Position numbers and translations under genes: made by a program
NCBI RefSeq assembly: GCF_009914755.1
Contig: NC_060947.1
Source of the DNA: the human T2T-CHM13v2.0 reference genome, Homo sapiens
DNA length: 64,000 nucleotides
Direction: 5' to 3' (one strand)
Notes under the pieces: generated by a model
Database searches by the model: none
Told to the model about the DNA's origin: nothing
The model's input: the letters and a program-made list of their open reading frames with translations, nothing else
Shown: positions 13,746 through 29,339 of the stretch, in pieces
Layout of the letters: every line of letters begins with the position of its first letter
Numbering within the stretch: position 1 is the first letter of the stretch

Positions 13746-14814
13746 AAAATTCAGATTCATTAATGAGAATTGGCCCAAAGACTGACTGTCATAGGAGAGA
13801 TCATCCACTATCGATGGGGAGAACTGGATGTGAAAAACATACCATGGATTATACAATGAGAAGATGCAGGTAATGGTGACTTTAACGCCCTGGGTTGGTG
13901 GGCATGGGAAGGATACAGAGAGGATGTCTAGATTATAGAGTCAACCCCCCCACTCTTACTCACCAGGCAGGTTTGGGAGACAGAGAGCCTGGGCCAAATT
14001 TCAGCTTGCCCTGCAAATCTGGGTGAGTTCTAGAGTCCTGCAGATTCTATTTCCATAGAATGTTGGAGCTGAAGAGAACCAGGGAGAGCATCCATGTCTT
14101 CCTCTTATTCTACATATGAGGAAACTTATGATGCAAATTAGTTGTAGTGTTGCTTTGTTTGATTTGTTGAATAAATAAATCTAGTCCCACCCTTTCATAT
14201 TATAGGTGAGGAAACTGAATCCAGAGAGGATCCCTCAAAAGCCCTGAGGCTCCCTCAAGATGACTTTTTTTCCATCCTTGGATAGATTATTCCAACATTC
14301 TGAGTCTTAGTGTTCTTATTAGAAAAAATAATCACAATAATCTTGGCTCTGTTTATTTCACAGAATTTAAAAATCAAATAATATGAAAGACATGAAAAGG
14401 CTTTATAAACCGTAAGGTATTATGCAGATAAAATTATTTTATTGCCTATGTCTTCATCCTCCTCTCCTACCCAATGCCTTCTCTCACCCAAAATACTGCA
14501 TGCCTTCTTATAAATATTTTCTTGGAGAGACATATTTGGGTAACTTTGAGATAACTTGGGGTCTTGAAGGGTGTTATCCTCCCAGGGCAGGGAATTATTG
14601 CCATTGAGTATCTAGTTGCAAAGGACCACTTTTACATATGGAGCCATGTTTACCACAACAGCAGCATCTGCCAGGTGTTATTTGTATGTATTTCCTGCTT
14701 GTTTTTGTGTGTTAGGGAGTGGTGTAAGAACAAGGCTTAGGGACAATTGAAGTACTATTTGTAAAACTGCCTTAGCTGTTGGAGTTCTCTGAAGGTAAAT
14801 GGAAAACATTCACT

Positions 14815-15030
14815 TGGCTTGAAATTGGAATCCCAAGACCTAGGTTTATTTTGGCTCCATCACTTTTGGTATGACCTGGGGCACAGCAAGTCACTTACAT
14901 CTTATGAGTCTCAGTTTTCTCATTTGTAATTAATAAGACTAAAGGGATAATGCTATCCACCCTGTACTGCACTGGGAACAGTGAGCTAATGCACATGAAA
15001 GTGCTTGTGAACTGTAAATAGCTGTAAAAA
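14815..15030 (+). mobile_element. MIR
   Basis: caagtcacttac...gagtctcagttttctcatttgtaat core. Confidence 0.65.
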
Positions 15031-15369
15031 CAACCTCTCTGTTGTTTCCTAGTAACAGGGGAAATTCCCCAGAGACATGCTCTGAAGTTGTCTTTGGCAT
15101 ATTTCCTTTACCTCAGCAGGGACCAGCTAACCCTCTAGCCAAGGGAAATTGATTTAAATATTTGATTTTAGGGCCCAGCCCTTAACCTAGCTTCACCTCT
15201 CTTGATGAAACATCCTGGCTTTCAAAAAATACCAACAGTACTAGCTTGGGCAAAATTTTTGAAGCAAATCAAATATATTTTCACCTACTCCCTCTTTTTC
15301 TTTTTTCATTTCAGCATCCCCTCCCCTAGAGGAGGTAGAGTGCTGCAGAAGAAACAGCATTCTGAGAGG

Positions 15370-15600
15370 TTGTATGCCCTAGTTGTTAATAGCTTACGCT
15401 TTGGAGGTAAATAGATTTGGGCGGAATCTTTGTTTCACCATTTACTGGTTGTGATTTTGGACAAGTTATCCAACTTCCAGCTCTTGGTTCCCCAGATTCC
15501 TTGTCTGTAAAATGGGGCCAATAATTTGACTATGTTATGGGGTGGTTAAAAGCCTTAAATGTAACAGTGCCTGGCACAAATTATGTTTCCAGTAAATGTA
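15370..15600 (+). mobile_element. MIR
   Basis: ttggacaagttatccaac...gtctgtaaaatgggg...cagtgcctggcaca. Confidence 0.65.
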
Positions 15601-16889
15601 GCTTTATTTTTATTTACACTATGGTTTTGCTCTCTCAGAGTTATTTATATTTTAAAGTTGCCAGACTGGAATTAGACACTGTCTGAAAGAATGATTTCTG
15701 GTTTGGAGCATTAAGAACTTTCCTACATCTTAACTCTGCTGACTTGATAGTTTGTATAGGTGAGTCTTCAGGGAACATTGGTTACAAATTTGAATACAAA
15801 ACATAATCTTGATATTTTGGGGGGTATAATATTTCCACAGGCCTTTCATTTTATCCTTGTTTGGTGATTTTTCTTTTGGTTTTGCTTACAGATGATCAGA
15901 AGTGCTTTTCCTGATGTCGATTATTTCCTAATAAATATGTGCATCCCTATTCTGTCTGTATTGCCTGGTCAAGGCTTTGACCTTGACTAAAACAAACAAA
16001 AATGCAGATATTTTTTCCTGGACTTCAGAGAACACATAAAAATATGTGTCTCATGGGGCTAAGCTGGATCCCTAGAAGTATAATAGCTATGGTTATAGAA
16101 CAAGGGCTCAGCTTGTTTAGTTTCATCATTTTTGATTTGGGTCATGCATCTGTAGATTAACCTCAGATTCATTTTGTCAGTTTGTAGATTGCCTTTTCTT
16201 CCATGCCTAACAATTTATTTCTCACCCATACAGAAAAACTGTGGGCCAAATTGTGTGTTGTGTGCTGGGTCGGGGGGCAAATATGTGGTTACTGGTTGGT
16301 TGAACATTTTCCTTTGTGGAAATAATAGAACCAGGAGAATAGGAAAACACACTTAATAGGATGAGGAGTGAAGGATTATGGTGTTCAGGCACTCAAACTG
16401 ATAACTTTTGTCAAATCTCTTAATATAGAGCCTCAACTATTGCTTTTATGATTCTCACTGTTGATCAAATGAGGTCTGTGAAAGCACTTTGAAAATGGGA
16501 ATGCATTATAAAATTCTAAGATTATTATTTATCAGCTTAGTGTCAGTTATGGAATGCTCTTGTTAGGTAACATTGAACTTTTTTTTTGCAGCAAGATATT
16601 ATTGGCATCCTTTCTCCTCTGAAATGGTTCTAACGCTCACTTTGATTTCTAAATGAAGCACATTCTTGAATCTGACAATTATTCAATCTCCAGGCTGTCT
16701 TGAGTCCAATATAATTTAAACAAACTAACAAACAAGCTGCAGTCATGAGTAGTCAAAATGGTAGCTGTAAGAGTCTGTCTTTTTGTTCCCGAGATTAAAA
16801 GGCCTCATTTTACTCATTTTGGGTTTATAACTATCAGTTCTTCTCTTCCTTCCTGTTTTAAGCAGGAAGTGCTGATAGCATTCTATATA

Positions 16890-17070
16890 AATAAGTATTT
16901 TTTTGATGCTGTCATGAAGAGGATAGTTTTCTTAATTTCTTTTTCAGAGGGTTCATTGTTAGTATATAGAAATACAACTGATTTTTGTATGTTGATTTTG
17001 TATTCTACAAATTTACTGAATTTATTAGTTTTAACAGTTTTTTTTTCATGGACTCTTTATGGTTTCCTTT
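16890..17070 (-). mobile_element. Old L1M ORF2 fragment
   Basis: gttagtatatagaaatacaactgatttttgtatgttgattttgtattct, typical L1M ORF2 antisense. Confidence 0.7.
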
Positions 17071-17079
17071 TCAAAAATT

Positions 17080-20000
17080 TTCTTGTATTTTTAACTTTGA
17101 TTTTTGGTTCAGGAGTACATTTGCAGGTTTGTTATATAGGTAAATTATATGTCATGGGGATTTGATGTACACATTATTTCATCACTCAGGTGATACGCAT
17201 GGTACCAGATAGGTTGTTTTATGATCCTTTCCCTCCTCCCACCCTCCACAGTCATGGAGGCCACAGTGTCTGTTGTTCTCTTCTTTCTGTCCATGTGTAC
17301 TCAATTTTTAACTCCCACTTACAAGTGAGAATATGCAGTATTTGGTTTTCTGTTTCTACCTCATTTCGCTTAGGATTATGACCTCCAGGTCCATCCATAT
17401 TGCTGCAAAGGACATGATCTCATTCTTTTTTACAGCTGCCATGGCATATATGCACCACATTTTTGTTACCCAGTTTACTGTTGATGGGCATTTACATTGA
17501 TTCCATGACTCTGCTATTGTGACTCGTGCTGTGATGAACATAGGCATTCATATGTGTAAGGAAGAATGGTTTATATTCTTTATGGAAGAATGGTTTACTT
17601 TCCTTTGGGTATATACCCAGTAATGGGATTGCTGGGTCAAATGGTAGTTCTATTTTAAGTTCTTTGGGAAATCTCTACATTGCTTTCCACAATGGCTAAA
17701 CTAATTTTTATTCCCACCAACAGCATATAAACATTCCCCTTTCCTCACAACCTCACCAACATCTGTTATTTTTTGACTTTTTAATGACAGCCATTCTGAC
17801 TGGTGTGAGATGGTATCTCATTGTAGTTTTGATTTGCATTTCTCTGATGATTAGTGATGTTGAGCATTTTTTAATATGCTTGTTGGTCATATGTATGTCT
17901 TCTTTTGAAGTGTCTACTCATGTCATTTGTCCACCTTTTAATGAAGTTGTTTGTTTTTTGCTTGTACATTCATTTGAGTTTCTCATAGATTCTGGATGTT
18001 AGACCTTTGTCAAATGCATATTTTCTCCCATTCTGTAGACTGGCTGTTTACTCTGTTGATAGTTCCTTTTGTTGTGCAGGAGCTCTTTAGTTTAATTAGG
18101 TCCCATTTGTCTATTGTTCTTTTTGTTGCAATTACTTTTGGCATCTTCATCATGAAATTTTTGCCAGGCCTATGTCCAGAATGGTATTTCCTAGGTATCT
18201 TTCAGGGCTTTTATAGTTTTAGGTCTTATGTTTAAGTCTTTAATCCATATTGAATTGATTTTTGTATATGGATTAAGGAAGGGATCCAGTTTCATTCTTC
18301 TGCATATGGGTAGCCAGTTATCCCAGCACAATTTGTTGAATAGGGACTCCTTTTCCCATTGCTTGTTTTTCTCGACTTTGTTGAAGATCAGATAGTTGTA
18401 GGTGTGTGGCTTTATTTCTGGGCTCTGTTTTCTGCTCCATTGTTCTATGTGTCTATTTTTGTACCAGTACCATCCTTTTTTGGTCACTGTAGCCTTGTAG
18501 TATAATTTGAAGTTGGTAATCTGATGCCTCCAGCTTTGTTCTTCTTGCCTAGGATTGCCTTGGGTTTTGGGCTCTGTTTTGTTTCAATATGAATTTTAAA
18601 ATGTTTTTTTCTTAATTTTGTGAAGAATGCCACTGGGAATTTGATATGGATAGCATTGAAACTGTTAATTGCTTTGGGCAGTATTGTCATTTTAACAATA
18701 TTGATTCTTTTTATCCACGAGCATGAAATGTTTTTCCGTTTGTGTCATCTCTGATTTCTTTCAGCAGTGTTTTGTAATTATCATTGTAGAGATCTTTCAT
18801 CTTCCTTGTTAGCTTTATTCCTAGGTATTTTATTCTTTTTGTGGCTATTGTAAATGCGATTGCATTCTGATTTGACTCTCAGCTTGGATGTTGCTGATGT
18901 ATAGAAATGTTACTGATTTTTGTACATTGATTTTGTATCCTGAAACTTTCCTGAAGTTTGTTTATCAGAGCTAGGAGCTGTGGGGGAGAGACTATAGGGT
19001 TTTCTTGGTATAAAATTGTATCATCTGCAAAGAGAGCTAGCTTGACTTCCTCTCTTCCTATTTGGTTACCTTTTATTTCTTTCTCTTGCCTGATTGTTCT
19101 GTGCAGGACTTCCAGTATTATGTTGAATAGGAATGGTGACAGTGGGTATCCTTGTCTTGTGCTGGTTCTCAAAGGGAATGCTTCTAGGTTTTGCCCATTC
19201 TGTATGATGTTGGCTATGGGTTTGTCATAGTTGGCTCTTATTATTTTGAGGTATGTTTCTTCAATGCCTCCTTTGTAGAGGGTTTTTAACATGAAGGGAT
19301 GTTGAATTTTATCAAAAGCTTTTTCTGCATCTATTGATATAATAATGCGGTTTTTGTTTTTCATTCTGTTTATGTGGTGAATCACTTTTTTTGATTTGTG
19401 TACATTGAACCAATCTTGCATTCCAGGGATAAAACCTACTTGGTCATGGTGGACTAGTTTTTGATGTGCTGGTGGATTTGGTTTCCTAGTATTTTTTTTT
19501 TTTTTAGTATTTTTACATATATGTTCATCAAGAATCTTGGCCTGAAGTTTTCTTTTGCTGTGTCTCTGCCAGGTTTTGGTATCAGGATGAGGCTGGCCTC
19601 ACAGAATGAATTAAGAAAGGAGTCCCTCCTTCTCAAATTTTTAGAATAGTTCTAGTAGGAATGGTACCAACTCTTCTTTATACATCTGGTAGAATTCAGC
19701 TGTAAATCCATATGGTCCTGGGCATTTTCTGGTTGGCAGGCTTTTTATTACTGACTCAATTTTAGAACTCATTTTTGGTCTATTCAGGTATATAATTTCC
19801 TCCTGGTTCAATCTTGAGATCTTGTATCTTTTGAAGAATTTATCCATTTCTTCTAAGTTTTCTATTTTTGTGCATAGAAGTGTTTGTAGCAGTCTCTGAG
19901 GGTTTTCTGTATTATTGTAGGGTTGGTGATAATGTCCCTTTTGTCATTTCTGATTATGTTCATTTAGATCTGCTCTCTTTATGCTTTATTAATCTAGCCA

Positions 20001-22275
20001 GCGTTCTGTAATCTAAAAATCTTATTAATTGTTTCAAGGAAGCAACCTCTGGATTCATTGATCTTTTAAATGGTTTTTTTTTGCATTTTAATTTCCTTCA
20101 GTTCAGCTCTAATTTTGGTTATTTCTTGTCTTCTTCTAGCTTTGGGGTTGGTTTGCTCTTGTTTCCCTGGTTCTTCTATGTGTGATGTTAGGTTGTTAAT
20201 TTGAGATATTTCTAAATTTTGATGTGAGCATTTAGTGCTATAAAGTTCCCTCTTACTGCTTTGTCTGTGTCCCAGAGATTCTGATGTATTATATCTTTGT
20301 TCTCATTAATTTCAAAGAATGTCTTGATTTCTGTCTTAATTTCATTGTTTACCCAAAAGTCATTCTGGAGCAGGTTGTTTAATTTTTATGTAATTGTATG
20401 GTTTTGAACAATTTTCTTAGTATTGATTTCTATTTTTATTGCACTGTGGTACGAGAATGTGTTTGGTATGATTTTGTTTTGTTTCGTTTTTTGAATTTGC
20501 TGAGGATTGTTTTATGGCCAATTGTGTGGTCGGTTTTAGAGTAGATGCTCTGTGCAGATGAAGAGAATGTATGTTCTGTTGTTTTGAGGTGGAGAGTTCT
20601 GTAGATGTCTACTTGGTCTGTTCTGTAGATGTTCATTTGGTCAAATGTTGAGTTCAGATCTTGAATATCTTTGTTAGTTTTCTGCCTCAATGATCTAATA
20701 CCATCAGTGGGGTGTTCACATCTCCCACAATTATTGTATGGTTATCTAAGTGTCTTTGTTGGTCTCTAAGAACTTGCTTAATGAATCTGGGTGCTCTTGT
20801 ATTGGGTATATATATATTTAAGATAGTTGGGTGTTCTTATTCAATTGAATCCTTTATCATTATGTAATGCCCTTCTTTGTTTTTTAAAACATTGTTGGTA
20901 TTAAGTCTGACTTTTTTGAAATTAGAATAGGAACTGCAGCTATTTTCTGTTTTCAATTTGCCTGGTAGATTTTTCTCCATCTCTTTACTTTGAGCCTATG
21001 GATGTCACTGCACGTGAGACAGGTCTCTTGTAGATAACATACAGTTGGATCTTGCCTCTTTATTCAGCTTGCCACTCTGTGCCTTTTAATTGGGATATTT
21101 AGCCCATTTAAATTAAAGGTTAATATTTATATGTATAGGTTTGATCCTGTTATTGTATTGTTAGCTGGTTATTATACAGACTTGACTGTGTGGTTGCTTT
21201 ATAGTGTCCATTGTCTTCACACTTAAGTATATTTTTGTGGTGGCAAGTAGCAGTGTTTCCTTTCCATATTTAGCACTCCCCGAAGGACTTTTTATAAGGC
21301 AGGTCTGATGATAATGAATGCATTTAGCATTTGCTTGTCTGAAAAGGATCTTACTTCTCCTTCACTTATGATTCTTAGTTTGGCTTGATAGAAAATTCTT
21401 GATTGGAATTTCTTTTCTTTAAGAATGCTGAATATGGACCCCAAATCTCTTCTGGCTTATAGAGTTTCTGCTGAGAAGTCCACTGTTAGCCTGATAACGT
21501 TCCCTTTGTAGGTAAGCTGCTCCTTCTCTCTAGCTGCTTTTAATACTTTTCCTTTCATATTGACCTTGGAGAATCTGATGACAATGTGTCATGGGAATGG
21601 TTATCTTGTATAGTATCTTGCTGGGGTTCTCTGCATTTCCTAGATTTAAATGTTGGCCTCCCTAGTGAGGTTGGGGAAATTTTTGTGGATAGTATCCTCA
21701 AGTATATTTCCCAAGTTGCTTGTTTTCTCTCCCTCTCTTTCAGAGATGCCAGTGAGTCATAGATTTTGTCTCTCTACATAATCCCATGTTTCTTAGAAGT
21801 TCTCTTTATTCTTCTTTTTGGTTTTTCTTTATTTTTGTCTGATTGAGTTTATTTGAAAAACTGTTCTCCAAGTTCTGATATTGTTTCCTTGGCTTTATTG
21901 ATTCTCCTGTTAATACTTGCTATTATATAATAAAATTATTGAAGTGAGTATTTCATCTCTATCATCTGTGTTTTTTTTCTTAAAATGATCATCTCATCTT
22001 TTATCTCCAGTATTTTTTTGTTTTTATTTCTTAGGTTCTTTGGATTGGGTTTCAACTTTCTCCTGAATGTCAATTATATTTGTTCCTATCCATATTATGA
22101 ATTCTGACATTTCAGCCATTTCAGCCTGGATAAGAACCATTGCTGGGAAACTAGTGCAGTTTTTGGAGGTAAGAAGACACTGTAGCTTCTTGAGTTGCCA
22201 AAGTTCTTGCATATTTTGTTTTCCTCATCTGTATGGGCTTATGTTCCTTGTTTTCGAAGTTTCTGTCTTTTGGAT
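17080..22275 (-). mobile_element. ~5.2-kb L1 (L1PA15/16-like) covering 3'UTR, ORF2 and ORF1, disrupted
   Basis: Peptides [37 protein letters not shown], endonuclease DIYRTLH, ORF1 N-terminal remnant near 22024-22212; many stops and frameshifts. Confidence 0.9.
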
Positions 22276-22289
22276 TTTTTTCTTTGAAA

Positions 22290-24130
<1,841 letters not shown>

Positions 24131-24136
24131 ACAGCC

Positions 24137-27100
24137 TACTCAAGAAGAACAACCCCAAGACACATAATTGTCAGATTCACCAAGGTTGAAATGAAGGAAA
24201 AAATGTTAAGGGCAGCCAGAAAGAAAGGCCGGGTTACACACAAAGAAAAGCCCATCATACTAACAGCAGATCTCTCGGCAGAAACCCTACAAGCCAGAAG
24301 AGAGTGGGGACCAATATTCAATATTCTTTAAAAAAATTTTTTTAACCCAGAATTTCGTATCAAGCCAAACTAAGCTTCCTAAGTGAAGGAGAAATAAAAT
24401 CCATTACAGACAAGCAAATGCTGAGAGATTTTGTCACTGCCAGGCCTGCCTTACAAGAGCTCCTGAAGGAAGCACTAAATATGGAAAAGAAAGATGGCAC
24501 CAGCCACTGTAAAAACCTACCAAATTGTAAAGACCATCGACACTATGAAGAAACTACATCAACTAATGGGCAAAATTACCAGCTAGCATCATAATGACAG
24601 GATCAAATTCACACATAACAATATTAACCTTAAATGTAAATGGGCTAAATGCTCCAATTAAAAGACACAGACTGGCAAATTTGATAGAGTCAAAACCCAT
24701 CGGTGTGCTGTCTTCAGGAGATGCATCTCACATGGAAAGACACACATAGGCTCAAAATAAAGGAATTGAGCAATATTTAACAAGCAAATGGACAGCAAAA
24801 AAAAAGCAGGGGTTGCAATTCTAGTCTTTAATAAAACAGACTTTAAACCAACAAAGATCAAAAAAGACAAATAAGGGCATTACATAATGGTAAAGGGATC
24901 AATGAAACAAGAAGAGCTAACTATCCTAAACATATATACACCCAATACAGGAGCACCCAGATTCATAAAACAAGTTCTTAGAGACCTACAAAGAGACTTA
25001 GAATCCCACACAATAATACTGGGAGAGTTTAACACCCCACTGTCAATATTAGACAGATCAATGAGACAAAAAATTAACAAGGATATTCACAGTTTGAACT
25101 CAGCTCTGGATCAAGTGGACCTAACAGACATCTACAGAACTCTCCACCCCAAATCAACAGAATACACATTCTTCTTAGCACCATATCACACTTATTCTAA
25201 AATTGACCTCATAATTGGAAGTAAAACACTCCTAAACAAATGCAAAAGAATGGAAATCATAACAAACAGTCTCTCAGACCACAGTGAAATAAAATTAGAA
25301 TTTAGGATTAAGAAACTCACCCAAAACCACACAACTACCTAGAAACTGAACAACCTGTGCCTTAATGACTACTGGGTAAATATCCAAATGAAGGCAGAAA
25401 TAAAGATGTTCTTTGAAACCAATGAGGACAAAGACACAATGTACCAGAATCTCTGGGACACAGCTAAAGCAGTGTTTAGAAGGAAATTTAGAACACTAAA
25501 TGCCCAAAAGAAATCAGGAAAGATCTAAATTTGACACACTAACATTAGAATTAAGGAAACTAGAGAAGCAAGAGCAAACAAATTCAAAAGCTAGCAGAAG
25601 ACAAGAAATAACTAAGATCAGAGCCGAACTGAAGGAGATAGAGACATGAAAAACCCTTCAAAAAATTAATTAATCCAGGAGGTGGTTTTATGAAAAGATT
25701 AACAAAATAGACCACTAGCCAGACTAATAAAGAAGAAGAGAGAGAAGAAACAAATAGACACAATAACAAATGATAAAGGGGATATCGCTACTGATCCCAC
25801 AGAAATACAAACTACCATCAGAGAATACTATAAACACCTCTACACAAATAAACTAAAACATCTAGAAGAAATGGATAAATTCCTGGACACATAGACCCTC
25901 CCAAGACTGAAACAGAAAGAAGTCGAATCCCTGAATAGACCAATAACAAGTTCTGAAATTGATGCAGTAATTAATAGCCTACGAACCAAAAAAGCCCAGG
26001 ACCAGATGGATTCACAGCCGAATTGTATGAGAGGTACAAAGATGAGCTGGTACCATTCCTTCTGAAACTATTCCAAAAAATAGACAAAGAGGGACTCCTC
26101 CCTACTCATTCCATGAGGCCAGCATTATCCTGATACCAAAACCTGGCAGAAACACAAGAATAAAAGACCATTTCAGGCCAATATCCCTGATGAACATTGA
26201 TGTGAAAATCCTTAATAAAATACTGGCAAACCGACCCCAGCAGCACATCAGAAAGCTTATCCACCATGATCAAGCTGGCTTTATCCTTGGGGTGCAAGTC
26301 TGGCTCAACATATGCAAATCAATAAATGTAATCCATCAAATAAACAGAACCAATCACAAAAACCACAATTATCTCAATAGATGCAGAAAACCTTTTGATA
26401 AAATTTAACACCACTTCATGCTAAAAACTCTCAATAAACTAGGTATTGGTGGAACATATCTCAAAATAATAACAGCTATTCATGACAAACCCACAGCCGA
26501 TATCATACTGATTGGGCAAAAGCTGGAAGCATTCCCTTTGAAAACTGGTGCAAGACAAGGATGCCCTCTCTCACCACTCTTATTCAACATAGTATTGGAA
26601 GTTCTGGCCAGGGCAATCAGGAAGAGAATGAAATAGAATGCATTCAAATAGGAAGAGAGGAAGTCAAATTTTCTCTGTTTGCAGATGACATGATTGTATA
26701 TTTAGAAAACCCCATCATCTCAGCCCCAAATCTAGTTAAGCTGATAAGCAACTTTGGCAAAGTCTCAGGATACAAAATCAAGGTGCAAAAATTACAAGCA
26801 TTCCTATGCACCAATAATAGACAATCAGAGAGCCAAATCATGGGTGAACTCCCATTCACAATTGCTACAAAGAGAATAAAATACCTAGGAATATAACTTA
26901 CAAGGGATGTGAAGGACCTCTTCAAGGAGAACTACAAACCACTGCTCAAGGAAATAAGAGAGGAAACAAACAATTGGAAAAACATTTCACGTACATGGAT
27001 AGGAAGAATCAATATCGTGAAAATGGTCATACTGTCCAAAGTAATTTATAGATTCAATGCTAACCCCATGAAGCTACTATTGACTTTCTTCACAGAATTA

Positions 27101-27929
27101 AAAAAAATACTTTAAATTTCATATGGAACCAAAAAATATCCCGCATAGCCAAGACAATCCTAAGCAAAAAGAACAAAGCTGAAGGCATCATGCTACCTGA
27201 CTTCAAACTATACTACAAGGCTACAGTAACCAAAACAGCATGGTACTTGTACCAAAACAGATATATGGACCAATGGAACAGAAGAGAGGCCTCAGAAACA
27301 ACACCACACATCTACAACCATCTGATCTTTGACAAATCTGGCAAAAACAAACAATGGGGAAAGGATTCCCTATTTAATAAAAGTTGTTGGGAAAACTGGC
27401 TAGCCATATGCAGAAAACTGAAACTGGACCCCTTCTTACGCCATATACAAAAATTAACTTAAGATGATTAAAGACTTAAATGTAGACCTAAAACCATAAG
27501 AAAACCTAGGCAATACCATTCAGGATATAGGCATGGGCAAAGACTTCATGACTAAAACACCAAAAGCAATGGCAACAAAGGCCAAAACTGACAAATGGGG
27601 TCTAATTAAACTAAAGAGTTTCTGAAGAGCAAAGGAAACTTTCATCAGAGTGAACAGGCAACCTACAGAATGGGAGAAAATTTTTGCAATCTCCCCATCT
27701 GGCAAAGGGCTAATATCCAGAATCTACAAGGAACTTGTAAACAAGTTTACAAGAAAAAACAACCCCATCAAAAAGTGGGCAAAGGATATGAACAGACACT
27801 TCTCAAAAGAAGACATTTATGTGGCCAACAAACATATGAAAAAAAGCTCATCATCACTGGTCATCAGAGAAATGCAAATCAAAACCACAATGAGATACAT
27901 CTCACGCCAGTTAGAATGGTGAGTATTAA
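24137..27929 (+). mobile_element. L1PA7/8-like element, 5'-truncated in ORF1 and lacking its 3' end
   Basis: ORF1 C-half, ORF2 EN (ILNIYTPNTGAPRFIKQ) and RT ([13 protein letters not shown]); stops after [11 protein letters not shown] with no 3'UTR or poly(A). Confidence 0.92.
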
Positions 27930-27934
27930 TGCAC

Positions 27935-29339
27935 ATTAATTCCTTCCTCAAGCAGGGGACAACAAATGGGTGTTCCTTCTCCTGTGTTCAGGTGTATAAT
28001 GGCCCCTGCTTTTGCTAGAATGTTTCCCCCTAACAAGGGAGTGGGGCTTTCAGGCATAATTAGAAAAGCATGTGAAAAGAGTGAAGTTCCCCAGTCACAA
28101 CTTAGTGGCTGTGAGAAGTATCTAATGACTGGCTGTCCTAGGACCCCTCGGATAGTGACAGACCTGGAGGACAGTTTTCCGGGACAGGAGCGTAAGACTG
28201 AGAAGCTCACACCAGTGTCCAGGAGACAGTTAAACTCCTGGCCCTCAATGGTCAAGCATACCCGGGGCTCTATGAGGGTGATGGCATGGGCTGGCACTTG
28301 CCCTGGGCACCCTCAGTCCTGCTGCTGGATCATCTGGTTAGTGGCTTCTGACTCAGAGGATCTTCATTCCCTGGGGCTGTGGGCCTTCCAGTGATTCTCT
28401 TGACATAAGGGGCATAGACGAGAGGGCAGCTTATTTCTATTTGGACAATCTTTTTTAATGTGTCCTTGTAGACAGCACTGGAAGCAAGCCCTTTTAGGCA
28501 TTCTATTTGCCCAGGCTTTCTGTGTTCCAGAGCCTCCAAAGTCTGCTGCCTGAGGGCCATGACTAAAGCAGTGGCCTTTTTCTTATATCGTTTGTCCCAT
28601 TCCATCTGCTCCTCCTGATCTCTATTATACAAAACCGAGGTTGTCAAGTTCAATGGGATTTCTAAGTTTTGCTCCGGGCCTAAGGTGGACTTTTGAAGTT
28701 TTTTCTAATGTCTGCAGCTGACTGAGTGATAAACTTATCCTTTAAGATTAGTTGGCCTTCAATAGAGTCAGGTGACAGAGAGGTATGCTTCCTCAATGCC
28801 TCCCTTAGTCTCTCAAGAAAGGCAGTAGGATTTTCTTCCTTTCCCCGTTATAGTGGACATCACTGAATAATTCATAGTCTTCTTCCTAGTTTTCCTTAGT
28901 CCTTCTAGCACACAAGTTAGCAAATGTCTGTGGCACCAATCTCCATGTTCTGATTCTGCGTCCCAGTGAGGGTCTACACTGGGAACTGCCTGCTGGCTTG
29001 TGGGGAATTGTTCTCTTTCCTCTGTTGTAATCCTATCATTGACCCGAATGAGATACCAGAGATCGCCAAACTCTCAGGCTGCAGTTATGGTGGCACTTCT
29101 CTCATTTGGGGTTAGTGTCTGACCTGGCAGTAACATTATATCTCTCCATGTCAGATCAAAGGATTGTCCTAACCCTTGTAAAACATCAATATAGCCATAA
29201 GGGTTATCTGAAAATTTACCTAAGTCTATTTTAATTTGCTTCAAGTCTGACAGGGAAAAAGGTACATACACTCTGACTGGGCTGACTTCTCCAGAATACA
29301 TCTTAGGGGCGTTTTTGCCTCGTGGGGAATGTTTCCTAT
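27935..29339 (-). pseudogene. HERV-W gag-pro, disabled
   Basis: VPFSLSDLKQIKIDLGKFSDNP (capsid), LLDTGVSFSVL...FSHAFLIMPESPTPLLG (protease); gag start reads ATA at 29339-29337; frameshifts. Confidence 0.88.

Noticed and set aside
20615-20645. Short duplication gttctgtagatgt inside L1 (similar case at ~17560-17595)
   Set aside because: Ordinary slippage duplications in dead elements
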